Below, in pieces: positions 37,013 through 47,979 of a DNA stretch of 64,000 bases (the first letter of the stretch is position 1; every line of letters starts with the position of its first letter). Both the position numbers and the translations under genes were made by a program. The stretch covers positions 544,001 through 608,000 of the forward strand of contig CAWCVB010000002.1 in the NCBI GenBank assembly GCA_963798915.1. Direction: 5' to 3'. This DNA comes from an uncultured Gemmatimonadales bacterium (GTDB lineage: Bacteria > Gemmatimonadota > Gemmatimonadetes > Gemmatimonadales > GWC2-71-9). The notes below the pieces were generated by a model. The model was given only the letters and a program-made list of their open reading frames with translations, did no database searches and was not told the origin of the DNA.

Positions 37013-38299
37013 ATGCCAGGATTGCGCCGAGTTGCCATCATCGCCGGTCTCCGCACCCCGTTCGCCAAGGCGAACGGCGTGCTCAAGGAGGCACGGGGCG
37101 TCGACCTGGCCCGGCACGTGGCTCGCGAACTGCTCTATCGGACCGAACTCGAGGGGCATCTCGTTGATGAAGTGATCTGGGGACAAGTGATTCCGTCACC
37201 GCTTGTGCCCAATGTGGCCCGGGAGGTCAGCCTCCTGCCGCAGTTTCCGCCTTCCGTGCCGGCGTACACCCTCAATCGAGCCTGCGCCTCCGGCGCCCAG
37301 GCCGTGCAGAATGCCGCTGACCAGATCGCCCAGGGCCACGCCGATGTGATCCTGGCCGGCGGCGTCGAGTCGCTGAGCGACATCCCGATTCTTCACTCCC
37401 GCCGGATGAGCGGCTTGCTGGTGGAAGCCGGCAGGGCCCGCTCGCTGGGTGCCCGGCTCAAGGTGTTCAGCCGGATTCGCCCACGCGACCTCGTGCCAAG
37501 GTCCCCGGCCATTGCCGAGCCGTCCACCGGCGAGTCGATGGGGCAGAGCGCCGAGAAGATGGCCAAGGAGAATCATATCAGCAGAGAGGCGCAGGATCGC
37601 CTCGCGCTGATGAGCCACCAGCGGGCGGCGGCGGCCACGGCCGATGGGCGGATGACGTCCGAGATCGTGCCCTGGTTTGGCGGCAGGGAAATGGATCAGC
37701 CGGTGACCAGCGACACGGGTATCCGCAGCGACACATCGCTCGAGAAGCTCGCGACCCTCAAGCCGGTCTTCGACCGGCGCTACGGTACCGTTACCGCGGG
37801 CAACTCATCCCCGCTGACAGACGGCGCCGCGTGTGTGCTCCTCATGGCGGAAGAGCGCGCGCTTGCGCTCGGCTATCAACCGCTGGCGTTCATCCGAAGC
37901 TACGCGGTCGCGGCGGTGGACCCCGGCTGGCAACTCCTGATGGGCCCGGCGCTCGCCGTCCCGCGCGCCCTGGCGCGGGCGAGCCTCAGCTGGAACGATA
38001 TCGGAGTGCTGGAGATTCATGAGGCGTTCGCGGCCCAGGTGCTCTCGAATGAACAGGCATGGGGATCGGCGGAGTGGGCCAGCCGCCTTGGTCTTTCAGC
38101 GCCGGTGGGCCAGGTGGACTGGGACCGCACCAACCTGATGGGCGGGTCGATCGCGGTTGGCCACCCCTTTGCCGCCACCGGGTGCCGGCTCGTCACGTCC
38201 CTCGCCCACGAAATGCGCCGCCGCGAGGCCCAGTTCGGCCTGCTCTCCATTTGCGCGCAAGGCGGCATGGGATACGCCATGGTGCTCGAACATGCCTGA
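37013..38299 (+). CDS. fadI: Acetyl-CoA C-acyltransferase (3-ketoacyl-CoA thiolase, FadI type)
   Basis: NRACASG, HEAFAAQ, GHPFAATG and ICAQGG. Paired with fadJ. Confidence 0.9.
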   Translation: MPGLRRVAIIAGLRTPFAKANGVLKEARGVDLARHVARELLYRTELEGHLVDEVIWGQVIPSPLVPNVAREVSLLPQFPPSVPAYTLNRACASGAQAVQNAADQIAQGHADVILAGGVESLSDIPILHSRRMSGLLVEAGRARSLGARLKVFSRIRPRDLVPRSPAIAEPSTGESMGQSAEKMAKENHISREAQDRLALMSHQRAAAATADGRMTSEIVPWFGGREMDQPVTSDTGIRSDTSLEKLATLKPVFDRRYGTVTAGNSSPLTDGAACVLLMAEERALALGYQPLAFIRSYAVAAVDPGWQLLMGPALAVPRALARASLSWNDIGVLEIHEAFAAQVLSNEQAWGSAEWASRLGLSAPVGQVDWDRTNLMGGSIAVGHPFAATGCRLVTSLAHEMRRREAQFGLLSICAQGGMGYAMVLEHA

Positions 38300-40427
38300 C
38301 GGCGGCGCCTTTCGCGTCAGTACGGAGAGCGGCATTGCCGTGGTGACGTTCGATCTGCCCGGCGCGCCGGTCAACACGCTCAGCGCCGCCGTGGGAGACG
38401 AGCTCAGCTCGCTGCTCGAGCGGCTGCAGCGTGATGCCGATGTCCGCGCGATCGTGCTCCTGTCCGGCAAGCCCGACAATTTCATTGCAGGTGCCGACAT
38501 CGACGAGTTCGCGAAGCTGAGCACGGCGGAGGCCGCGACGGCGCTGAGCCGGGGTGCGCAGCTCCTGATGAACCGCATCGCGGATTCGGCCAAGCCGGTC
38601 GTCGCCGGCATTCACGGTGCCTGCCTCGGTGGCGGCTTCGAGCTGGCGCTGGCCTGTCACTGGCGGGTCGCGACCGACCATCCCAAGACTCTGATCGGAC
38701 TCCCGGAAATTCAGCTCGGCATCGTTCCGGGCGCCGGCGGCACTCAGCGGCTGCCCCGGCTCGTGGGTGCGCGCTCGGCGCTCGACATGATCCTGGCGGG
38801 AAAGAGCGAGCCGGCGGCGCGCGCCTATCGTCTGGGCATGGTGGATGAACTGGTGCCGCCCAGCATTCTGGCGGACGTGACGATGCGCGCGGCCGATCGA
38901 CTGGTGACTCTCGGCCCGCGCCGACGTGCGCGCCGCGGCGGAATGGCTGGACTGCTGCTCGACCGCAATCCGATCGGCCGTGCGGTGGTCTACGCCAGTG
39001 CCCGCAAGAAGGTGCTCCGGAAGACTGCCGGGCACTATCCCGCGCCGCTTGCCGCGCTCGACGTGGTCCGTACCGGCCTTGAGCGGGGTATGGGCGCGGG
39101 GCTGCGGGCCGAACACGAGTCGTTCGGCAAGCTGGCCGTCACCGACGTGTCACACCGGCTGGTGGACATCTTCTTCGCGACCACCGCGCTCAAGAAGGAC
39201 GATGGGGTCCCACGCGGCAGTGTCGGTGAGGTAGCCCCGGTTCGGCGTATTGCGGTGGTCGGCGCCGGCTTCATGGGTGCGGCCATCGCGGGCACGGCGG
39301 TGGTTCGAGCCCGGGTCGAGGCGCGGCTCAAGGATGCCGACCTGGTGCGCGTGGGGCGCGGGATGCGCGGAGCGCTTCGCGTGCTCGACGAGCGGCTTCG
39401 GCGGCACCGGATCAGCCGACCCGAGCACGACCGTCTGGCGAGCCTCGTCTCCGGCGCCGCCGACTTCAGCGGTTTCCATCGAGCGGATCTGGTCATTGAA
39501 GCGGTTTTCGAGGATCTTGACGTCAAGCGAGCCGTGCTGGCGGACGTCGAAACCGTCGTCACGCCCGACACCATCTTCGCGTCCAATACCTCCACCATTC
39601 CGATCGCCGACATCGCTCGCGGGTCTCAGCGGCCAGCGAACGTGCTCGGCATGCACTTCTTCTCGCCAGTGGAGAAGATGCCGCTGCTCGAGGTGATCCC
39701 GCACGCCGGGACGGCGCCCGAGTGCATCGTTCGGGCCGTGCGATTCGGGCGGAAGATGGGCAAGACGGTGATCGTGGTGGGGGATCATCCGGGGTTCTGG
39801 GTCAACCGGATCCTGCTGCCCTACCTCAATGAGGCGGGATTGCTGCTCGAAGAAGGCGTCCCGATCGACCTGGTGGATCGGACCATGACGCGCTTCGGCT
39901 TTCCGGTCGGGCCCGTGACCCTGCTGGACGAGGTGGGCCTCGACGTGGCGATCAAGGCCGGCGCCGTAATGCACCAGCAATTCGGATCGCGACTCGAGCC
40001 GGCCGGCCTGCTGCAACGCATGGTGCAGGAGGGACGCCTCGGGCGGAAGAATGGGAAGGGCTTCTACCGTTACGCGGACGGAAAGAAGCAGGGCGTTGAC
40101 GAAAACGTATACAAGACGCTCGGCATCGTACCGAGGGATGACACCGCGCCGACGATGGTCCAGCAGCGGCTGGTCTACGCCATGCTGAATGAGGCCGCCA
40201 TGGCCGCGGACGAGGGAGTGGTGCGCTCGCCACGTGATGGTGACATCGGGGCAGTCTTCGGAATTGGCTTCCCCGCATTCCGCGGCGGCCCCCTGCGCAT
40301 GGTCGATGACCTGGGAGCGCGACGTGTCGTGCAGATGCTGCGCGCGCTCGAGGCCAGTCATGGCCCCCGCTTCCAGCCGGCCGGCTCCCTGGTGGCCCGG
40401 GCAGAGGAAGGGCGGAAGTTTTATTGA
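38292..40427 (+). CDS. fadJ: Fatty acid oxidation complex alpha subunit (enoyl-CoA hydratase/3-hydroxyacyl-CoA dehydrogenase)
   Basis: FIAGADI, GGGFE, LPEIQLG, GAGFMG, SNTST and GMHFFSPV. Confidence 0.92.
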   Translation: MPDGGAFRVSTESGIAVVTFDLPGAPVNTLSAAVGDELSSLLERLQRDADVRAIVLLSGKPDNFIAGADIDEFAKLSTAEAATALSRGAQLLMNRIADSAKPVVAGIHGACLGGGFELALACHWRVATDHPKTLIGLPEIQLGIVPGAGGTQRLPRLVGARSALDMILAGKSEPAARAYRLGMVDELVPPSILADVTMRAADRLVTLGPRRRARRGGMAGLLLDRNPIGRAVVYASARKKVLRKTAGHYPAPLAALDVVRTGLERGMGAGLRAEHESFGKLAVTDVSHRLVDIFFATTALKKDDGVPRGSVGEVAPVRRIAVVGAGFMGAAIAGTAVVRARVEARLKDADLVRVGRGMRGALRVLDERLRRHRISRPEHDRLASLVSGAADFSGFHRADLVIEAVFEDLDVKRAVLADVETVVTPDTIFASNTSTIPIADIARGSQRPANVLGMHFFSPVEKMPLLEVIPHAGTAPECIVRAVRFGRKMGKTVIVVGDHPGFWVNRILLPYLNEAGLLLEEGVPIDLVDRTMTRFGFPVGPVTLLDEVGLDVAIKAGAVMHQQFGSRLEPAGLLQRMVQEGRLGRKNGKGFYRYADGKKQGVDENVYKTLGIVPRDDTAPTMVQQRLVYAMLNEAAMAADEGVVRSPRDGDIGAVFGIGFPAFRGGPLRMVDDLGARRVVQMLRALEASHGPRFQPAGSLVARAEEGRKFY

Positions 40428-40523
40428 AGTGGGAAGTGGGAAGTGGGAAGTGGGAGGACGGGAAGACGGGAAGACCGTAATCCCATTCCTCCAGATCTTC
40501 CCACTTCCCACTTCCCACTTCCC
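40426..40523. repeat. Hairpin with (GAAGTGG)n / (CTTCCCA)n heptamer arms plus GGGAAGAC octamers
   Basis: The left arm starts inside the fadJ TGA and the right arm (40497-40523) abuts the nagB stop. The genes are convergent. Confidence 0.9.
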
Positions 40524-40525
40524 CT

Positions 40526-42374
40526 CTACCTCACCACATACGCCTCCACCGCGAAGTATTCCGCGAGTCCCAGCCGGTCCAGCAGCGCCGCCGTCTCCTT
40601 GTTGCGTGCTTCGACCCGTTGCCAGAACTCCCGTTCGTCGTAGGCGCCGGGAAATGGTGCCGAGTCTTTCTGTGACTGGTGCTTGAAGATCGCCTGGATC
40701 TTGAGTCGCAACTCCTCCTGCGACATCGTGACCAGCCAGGTGGCGTCGGTGACCGGCCATTCCTGCCAGGCGCCGCGATAGAGCCAAAGTCGGAGGCCGC
40801 GTCGTGGCACTGCCCGGATGCAGCTCGTCCAGCGCTCGCGTCACCGTCTCGAGGCACATCCGGTGCGTGCCATGCGGATCGCTCAGGTCGCCGGCTGCGA
40901 AGATCAGGTCGGGCTGTTCTTCCTCGAGCAGCTGGCGCACGATCGCCACGTCGGCCGGGCCGATCGGGTCCTTGCGTACCCGGCCGGTCTGATAGAATGG
41001 CAGGTTGAGGAAGCGTGCATCCTTGCGGTCGAGCCCAAGGGTCTCGATGCCGCTGACGGCTTCCGACTCCCGGATCATCCGCTTGAGGTCCCGGATTTCC
41101 TCGAGGTCGACGTCACCAGGCTGCTTCCGGGCCAGAAACGCCCGCACCCGCTCCGCCAGCGCCAGCGCCGCGCCTGATTCGATCTTGCCGTCGTGTGCCA
41201 GCCGTTCCAGGAAGTCGAGATGGCGGCGCACATCGTGGTCGAAGACGGCGATGTTGCCGCTGGTCTGATAGGCCACCACGATCCGGTTGCCGTTGAGGAC
41301 CAGCTTGCGAAGCATGCCACCCATCGAAATCACGTCGTCGTCCGGATGGGGCGAGAAGCATACCACCTTCCGGCCCCGCGGGAGTTTCGAGCGGCCCCTG
41401 ATCCGTGCCCCAAGTGCATTGAACGCGAGCCCGTTGACGGCGCCGGCACTGCCCTGCTGTGCCATCAGGGACGCGAGGTGATGCTCGGTGTAATCGCCCG
41501 GCGTGAGCTTGAGGATTGCCTTGCCAGCCCGCTGGGCCAGCCACACGACGGCACGCACCGCCATCTCCGTGGTCCAGTCCACCTCGTGCAGGAGCCAGGG
41601 CGTGGCGATGCGTGCAAGCTCGGCCGCTGCCGCCTGGTCAAGGTAGAATGTTGTCGCAGGATGACTCTGGAGGAATGTCGCGGCCACCTGGCGATCCTCA
41701 GGTCCCTCCACCGTGCGGCTGACAATGCCGGCCTTGTGCTCGCCGGTGGCGAGCAGGGCGATCTCGCGGGCTTCGAGGATCGTGGCCACGCCCATGGTGA
41801 TCGCCTGGTGCGGCACGTTGTCCTCGCCGAAGAAATCGGCGGCGGCGTCCTTTCGGGTGATGCTGTCGAGCGTGACGAGACGGGTCCGGCTCTCGAGCTC
41901 CGAGCCGGGTTCATTGAAGCCGATGTGGCCGGTCTTGCCAATGCCAAGCAACTGGAAATCGATCCCGCCCGCAGCGCGGATTGCCGCTTCATAGGCCTCG
42001 CACTCGGTGTTCACGCTCTCGCGCGAAAGATCGCCCCGGGGGATGTGAACCTGCGCCGGCGGAATGTCCACCTGCGAGAAGAAGTTCTCCCACATGAAGC
42101 GGTGGTAGGAGTGGATGCTGTCCGGTGCCATCGGGTAGTACTCGTCCAGATTGAACGTCACCACGTTCTGGAACGACAGGCCCTCATTGCGGTGAAGCCG
42201 GATCAGTTCCCGATAGACCCCGACCGGGGTGGAACCGGTCGCGAGCCCCAGCACCGTGGTGCGGCCCTGCCGGTCCCGGTTGACGATCAGCTCGGCGATG
42301 CGCTCGGCGACGGCTCGCGCCAGTGCCTCAGGCTCGTCGATGATCTCGATGGCGATGCGTTCCAAGGGAGTCAC
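40526..42374 (-). CDS. nagB: Glucosamine-6-phosphate deaminase fused to a PIG-L-like domain; 1-nt frameshift near 40790-40797
   Basis: LGLATGSTP, FNLDEY, GHIGFNEP and SPHPDDD. The natural C-terminus (LWLYRGAWQEW...HQSQKD...EREFWQR) is in another frame, ending at 40526. Either a pseudogene or a sequencing error. Confidence 0.88.
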
Positions 42375-43360
42375 GGCGATCGCTGCTCCGGCAGGCGGCA
42401 TCCCGCGTCGTAGATGGCCGCGCGCCACCTGGGGCCATACTCGGTGGCGTCGGGGTCGCGTACCAGCGCAAGCACATAGCAGCCGGATCGGGTGGCGGCG
42501 AGCGCCGTGCCGCCGCCAATGATTCGCTGGTCAACGCGGATGGTGTCGTTGGCGCTGGTGACCGCGTGAGCTGGTCCGGAAAGGGTGACGGCGTCCGTGT
42601 CAGGCGTAATTGCGGCATCCAGCGACGGGCCGGCGATCCAGTGCACCGTGGTGGTGTCCATCGCTGCCTCGCCAGCATGCTGTGCGGAAGAATCGCCGGC
42701 GGGCGAGAGGGCGACCCAGGCCGCGGATGGGGCGTCGTCATTGGCGATGCGTGGCCCAAGCCCGCCAAAGATGCGGCTGCCCGCCGCGTTCCAGCGGACC
42801 CGCCATCCACTGAGGGAACCGAGCCAGCGGTCCCGGCCGGACGCGAGGTCGATCACGCCCAGCCTGGCAAACCCGGCGGCGGCGGCCATGCCGCTCGCGT
42901 TGAAGCTCGCACTCCGCGCCTCCCCGACCGACACACCGAGTTGGCGTGCTGCCAAGGTCATGGTCTTGGCCGACACCGTGCCGGACTCCCCGGCGTGCAC
43001 GATGAGAGCGGCGCCAAAGGCCGCCATCCGCCAATCGGGCGACGGGGCTGCGTCCCAGACGCTGTCCCTGCCGACAATGGTGCCGAACCTGTCCGACGCA
43101 ATCCGAAAGCCATCGAAGAATGGCTCGGCCTCGATCGAGGCCCAGTCCTCGACCGCCATGATGGCGCTACTGTCTGGCGAATAGGCCCAGCGGATGCGGC
43201 CCGTCATGCCCTGGGCGCCCGTGTTGACTCGCGTCATCGCCGGAGGCCGGGTAAGTGGCGGCGTTGGTCCGCTGCTGCGCGGCGACCGGTTGGCCCCGCG
43301 CCCGGAACGACAGGCGCCGACCAGCGCGGCGAGCACCAGCAGGATGAAATGCAGCTTCAA
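42371..43360 (-). CDS. Hypothetical lipoprotein, possibly beta-propeller-like
   Basis: AGGAG RBS, TTG start, lipobox LVGAC and SPD motifs. GTGA overlap with nagB. Confidence 0.7.
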   Translation of the reverse strand: MKLHFILLVLAALVGACRSGRGANRSPRSSGPTPPLTRPPAMTRVNTGAQGMTGRIRWAYSPDSSAIMAVEDWASIEAEPFFDGFRIASDRFGTIVGRDSVWDAAPSPDWRMAAFGAALIVHAGESGTVSAKTMTLAARQLGVSVGEARSASFNASGMAAAAGFARLGVIDLASGRDRWLGSLSGWRVRWNAAGSRIFGGLGPRIANDDAPSAAWVALSPAGDSSAQHAGEAAMDTTTVHWIAGPSLDAAITPDTDAVTLSGPAHAVTSANDTIRVDQRIIGGGTALAATRSGCYVLALVRDPDATEYGPRWRAAIYDAGCRLPEQRSP

Positions 43361-43437
43361 CGTCGGCTCCTGTTGGATGACCAGACAAATGTATCTTGCA
43401 GCGCCGTCTCTCCCCATGCCCAGTTTGCGGAGCTCAT

Positions 43438-44903
43438 GTGCTGGACGCCCTGTTGCAGGCCATTGACGCCGATGCCTCGCCCGAGGCGGCCCGCGCTGTC
43501 TTCAGCCTGGCATCCCGGTTCATCGCCGACTCCGCAGCCGGTGGCGAGCCGGTGACCACGCCGCATGATGCCGAAACCCTGTACCGGATGATAGACGGTC
43601 CATTGCCGGCAGGCGGCCGGCCACTGGAGCAGGTCCTGGCGGATGTCGAGCGGTCCATCATGGCCCACTCCATCCGTCTTTCCCACCCGATGTATCTCGG
43701 TCACCAGGTGAGCGCACCGTTGCCGGCCGCCATCTGGACCGATGCGCTCGTGTCGGCCCTCAACAACTCGCTGGCGGTTCGGGAGATGTCGCCGTCCGGC
43801 ACCGCGGTCGAGACACGGCTGGTGCGCTGGATGTGCCAACTCGCCGGCCTCCCCGCGACCGCTGGCGGCACGTTCACCTCGGGCGGCACCGAGGCCACCT
43901 TCACGGCGCTGCTCGCGGCGCGCGCCGCGGCGCTTCCCGATGCCTGGCAGCATGGAATTGCCCGGCCGGCGCCCGTCATCGTCTGTGGTGAGCACGCACA
44001 TTACGCCGTGACCCGCGCGGCGGGCGAGTTGGGCCTGGGGATGGACCAGGCCATTCCGGTCCCATCGCGCGGGCATCGGATGGATCCGGACGCGCTGAGC
44101 GCAACGCGCTTGACCGGCTGGCGGGCGACGGGCGCCGCGTCATGGCTGTCGTGGCCACGGCCGGCTCGACCGCAACCGGCAGCTTCGACGACCTGGAGCG
44201 AATCGGGCAGGAGGCCGCCGACCGCGGACTCTGGCTTCATGTCGATGGCGCTCATGGCGCCTCCGCCATCTTCTCAGAACGCCGCCGCCATCTCGTCAGC
44301 GGGCTGCGTCACGCCAGCAGCATTGCCTGGGACCCGCATAAGATGATGCTCGTGCCGCTTTCGGCGGGCATGGTGCTGGTGCGCGACGAGCGCCACCTCA
44401 CCCAGGCCTTCTCGCAGCGCGCGCCCTACCTTTTCCACGAAGGCGATCGCGAGCGTGGGTGGGATCAGGGACCGCGCAGCTTTGCCTGCTCCCGGCGGTT
44501 CGACGCACTCAAGCTGTGGGTCGCGCTTCATCGATACGGGTCCCGGGGCATCGGGACGCTCTTTGACCATCTTTCGGACTTGGCAGGCTATCTCGCGGCT
44601 CGGCTGCATGCCTCGGGCCTCTTCGAAGTGCTCCATGCGCCGGAATGCAATATCCTCTGCTTCCGCTGGCACCAGGGAAGCATGGCGCCGGACGCGACCA
44701 ACCAGTTCAATCGTCAGCTCAGGGAACGCTACAACGCGAGCGGGGAAGGCTGGATCACCACGACCATGCTGGATGACACGCAGGTGCTCCGCGTGACGAT
44801 CATGAACCCGCGCACCACCGAGGCCCATCTCGATCGGCTGGTGGAGGGCCTGATTCGCGCTGCCGGCACGCTTGCAGGCGCCGCAGGCGGAGCGCCCTCA
44901 TGA
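43438..44903 (+). CDS. Group II PLP-dependent decarboxylase; frameshift near 44104-44109
   Basis: HPMYLGHQ, FTSGGTEA and AHYAV in the first frame. VATAGST, HVDGAHG and WDPHK (PLP Lys) in the second frame. Confidence 0.88.
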
Positions 44904-46012
44904 AGAACTTTCGACCGCCAGTGCTTGATCCTGCTGATCTGGCCGGCGAATCGCTGGCTCGCGCCCGGACGGTGCCGAGCGCATGGTACGTGGACCCGGA
45001 ATTTCACGAGGCGGACCGGGAATGGATTTTTGCCCGCACCTGGCAAGGTATCGCGCATGCGGCCCAGCTTGCAGCGCCGGGCGCGTTCGTGACGGAGAGC
45101 ATCGCTGGGGAGCCGGTCATTGTGCTTCGGGGCAAGGATGGCGTCCTTCGCGCGTTTTATAACGTGTGCCGGCATCGCGGCGGACCGCTGGCGGTTGAGC
45201 AGGAGGGTTGCGTCAATGCGCTGCAGTGCAAGTATCATGGCTGGACCTACCTGCTGGATGGCACACTTCGCGGGGTGCCGGCCATGGATCGCACCGAACT
45301 CTTCGACAGGAAGGATTTCGGGCTCCACGCGATTCGCGTCGACGAGTGGCAGGGTCTGGTGTTCGTGAACCTGGATCGCGACGCCCTGCCACTGGCGGAC
45401 TTCATGGGGGGCATCGCCGAACAGATTGTCCCGACCCGGCTCGATCGGCTGCAGTTCGTGCGGCGGGTGGACTATCAGGTGGAGTGCAACTGGAAAGTGT
45501 ACGTGGACAATTATCTCGAGGGCTACCACGTTCCCTATGTCCATCCTGAACTGGCCAAGCTGTATGACTACCGGCAGTACGTGACCACGGCCTCCCGCTG
45601 GTATTCGCTGCAGCAGAGTCCGCTGACGGGCGACAACCTCTACAGCCGGGACGGTGGCGGGGAGGCCTTCTATTACTGCGTCTTTCCCAATTTCATGCTC
45701 AACATCCTGCCCGGCCGCCTGCAGACCAACCTCGTCCTGCCGGACGGACATGATCGCTGTCGGGTGATCTTCCAGTACTTCCACGAGGCGCCCGATGCGG
45801 CCCGGATCGATGCAGACTTGGCGTACAGCGACGGGGTGCAGGCGGAGGATGCCAGTATCTGTGCCCGGGTGCAGCAGGGTCTCGGGTCACGGGCCTACGA
45901 CACCGGGCGGTTTTCGGTAAAATACGAGGCGGGGGTACACCACTTTCAGGAGCTGGTGCGCGAGGCCTATCGCACCGGCCTGGAGGGCAAGTCCTCTATT
46001 GGCCGGCCCTGA
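44900..46012 (+). CDS. Rieske non-heme iron oxygenase alpha subunit (choline monooxygenase/CntA-like)
   Basis: CRHRG...CKYHG Rieske ligands, NWK...EGYHVPYVH and later ED. ATGA overlap with the decarboxylase. Confidence 0.92.
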   Translation: MKNFRPPVLDPADLAGESLARARTVPSAWYVDPEFHEADREWIFARTWQGIAHAAQLAAPGAFVTESIAGEPVIVLRGKDGVLRAFYNVCRHRGGPLAVEQEGCVNALQCKYHGWTYLLDGTLRGVPAMDRTELFDRKDFGLHAIRVDEWQGLVFVNLDRDALPLADFMGGIAEQIVPTRLDRLQFVRRVDYQVECNWKVYVDNYLEGYHVPYVHPELAKLYDYRQYVTTASRWYSLQQSPLTGDNLYSRDGGGEAFYYCVFPNFMLNILPGRLQTNLVLPDGHDRCRVIFQYFHEAPDAARIDADLAYSDGVQAEDASICARVQQGLGSRAYDTGRFSVKYEAGVHHFQELVREAYRTGLEGKSSIGRP

Positions 46013-46898
46013 ACGAGACCCGCTGCTGGACCAGCGTGCGTACGGCCCGCCCATCCTGCCGACCCGGACGCAGCAGGCAGGAGCGCACTGACGCTGCGGC
46101 GGCAGGAGCGAAGCCCCGGTGGGACGCCTCCAGCACCCGCACGGAATTCGGCTCGACCCTTCCCATTGTATCCACGATATAGGCAAGCAGTACCACCCCG
46201 TTGCGGCCTGCCATCGTTCCGGGCGGCGGCACTTGCTCGCACTTGATCACCGTCGGCTTCTGGCTGAGTTCGGAGGCCGCGTGGGGCGCCGGCCGCCCGA
46301 TGGAATCGGCGCGCAACTGGTTCACCACGGCGTCGGCATCGGCGGAATAGGGCAGGGTATCGGCGCCCATGGCGCGAAGCTGCTGCTGCTGGCTGGCTAC
46401 GGCGACGACCCGTGCGGCCGTGGTATCCGACAGCCAGACCGTGAGGATGTTCTCTCCCGTGTCCGCACTGGCGGTCCAGCGGCCCCGGCGCCATTGCCGG
46501 GCGGTCGCGATGGTCGTATCGGGTGCGCCCCACATGCGGGTGAGCGCGCCGTAGGCGCTGCGCGGGTCGGTCATGGCCTCGCGGATCGCGAGGTAGGCCA
46601 CCACACTGTCATCCGACTGGATCATGGCGCTGACGTTCACCGTGCTGGCCGCCGAATCGGGCGTGTAGCATAACTCGTCGGCCGCGAGGCCGTCCACGTC
46701 GATCTTGTCACACAGCATCGCGCCGATCCCGAGATTGGTGGCAGCAGCCCGTAGCTCGGTTGCCTGCATGCCCGGCGCCATCCCATGGAAGCTGAACGAC
46801 GGGGCGTGGGCCTGATCTCCGCAGCCAGCGAGCATGAGCGCAAACGCGACACCAGCGCATGCCCGGAGGCCCAGCGGAAGGAAGGGTCGCAGCAGCAC
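45996..46898 (-). CDS. Lipoprotein with TonB C-terminal-like domain
   Basis: Lipobox LAGC and C-terminal GVVLLAYIVDTMGRV...PGRQDGRAV..VSF. Confidence 0.7.
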   Translation of the reverse strand: MLLRPFLPLGLRACAGVAFALMLAGCGDQAHAPSFSFHGMAPGMQATELRAAATNLGIGAMLCDKIDVDGLAADELCYTPDSAASTVNVSAMIQSDDSVVAYLAIREAMTDPRSAYGALTRMWGAPDTTIATARQWRRGRWTASADTGENILTVWLSDTTAARVVAVASQQQQLRAMGADTLPYSADADAVVNQLRADSIGRPAPHAASELSQKPTVIKCEQVPPPGTMAGRNGVVLLAYIVDTMGRVEPNSVRVLEASHRGFAPAAAASVRSCLLRPGRQDGRAVRTLVQQRVSFRAGQ

Positions 46899-47043
46899 GG
46901 CGCCTCGCGAGCTCAGGAAGAGATGGCCTCAAGTTATGCCCCGCGCCGGGTCCTGCAAAGCGCTTGTTGCCATGCCGGGCCCGCGGCTACCTTCGAGGCG
47001 CGGCGCCCCGTGCCGCATCACCGCTGCCGAGGAACGGTACTGC

Positions 47044-47979
47044 ATGCTCCGTCAGGGCCTGCTCTGGCTGTCGCAACAGAATGGCATCTTTCGCTTTGTC
47101 CGCTCCAACCCGCTGGCTCGACGCTTTGCCTCCCGATTTGTGGCGGGCGAGACCATCGAGGAAGGCGTGGCGGCGGCGCGCGAACTGATGACTCGCGGCA
47201 TCACGGCGTCGCTCGACCTGCTGGGCGAAAGCGTCACGAAGCCGGACGAAGCCACGGCGGCCAAGAACCAGTACCTGGAGATGCTGGACCGGATGGCGGC
47301 GGCCGGCAACATCGAGGTCAACGTCTCGGTGAAGCTGACGCAGATGGGTCTCGATATCGCCGAGGACCTCTGCCGGCGGAACATGGCCGAGATCCTGGGT
47401 CGCGCGGCGTCGCTGGGCGGATTCGTGCGACTGGACATGGAAGGTTCGGCCTATACCGAACGGACCCTCGACTTCTTCCGCCGGCAGCTGTTCCCCGAGT
47501 TCGGCGAGCACTGCGGGGTGGTGATCCAGTCGGCACTTCGGCGATCGCGGGACGACATCGAGGGTCTCATCACGCTCGGTGCCCGGGTCCGGCTCTGCAA
47601 GGGCGCCTACCTCGAGCCTCCCGACATCGCATTTCCCGAGAAGGCCGATGTCGACCGCAACTACGTGGCGCTGATGGAGCGGCTGCTCGTCGCAGGACGA
47701 TATCCCGCGCTCGCCACGCATGACGAAGCCATCATTACCCGGGCGCGTGCGTTCGTGGCCGAACAGCAGATTCCCGATGACCGGTTCGAGTTCCAGATGC
47801 TGTACGGTGTCCGGCGCGACCTGCAGCAGCAGCTGCGCGGCGCCGGCCACCGCGTGCGGGTCTACATTCCGTTCGGCACCCAGTGGTATCCCTACCTGAT
47901 GCGCCGGCTCGCTGAACGTCCCGCCAATATCGCCTTCATGCTCGGCAACCTTGTCAAGGAGTCAACCCGGCACCGGTGA
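47044..47979 (+). CDS. Monofunctional proline dehydrogenase
   Basis: RFVAGE, SVKLTQMG, RLDME, RLCKGAY, ATHD, EFQMLYG and YLMRRLAERP. Confidence 0.94.
   Translation: MLRQGLLWLSQQNGIFRFVRSNPLARRFASRFVAGETIEEGVAAARELMTRGITASLDLLGESVTKPDEATAAKNQYLEMLDRMAAAGNIEVNVSVKLTQMGLDIAEDLCRRNMAEILGRAASLGGFVRLDMEGSAYTERTLDFFRRQLFPEFGEHCGVVIQSALRRSRDDIEGLITLGARVRLCKGAYLEPPDIAFPEKADVDRNYVALMERLLVAGRYPALATHDEAIITRARAFVAEQQIPDDRFEFQMLYGVRRDLQQQLRGAGHRVRVYIPFGTQWYPYLMRRLAERPANIAFMLGNLVKESTRHR

Noticed and set aside
39150..40790. 1092-aa ORF suggesting a giant NagB fusion
   Set aside because: After the frameshift it runs through the heptamer repeat and antisense to fadJ. The real C-terminus is in another frame.
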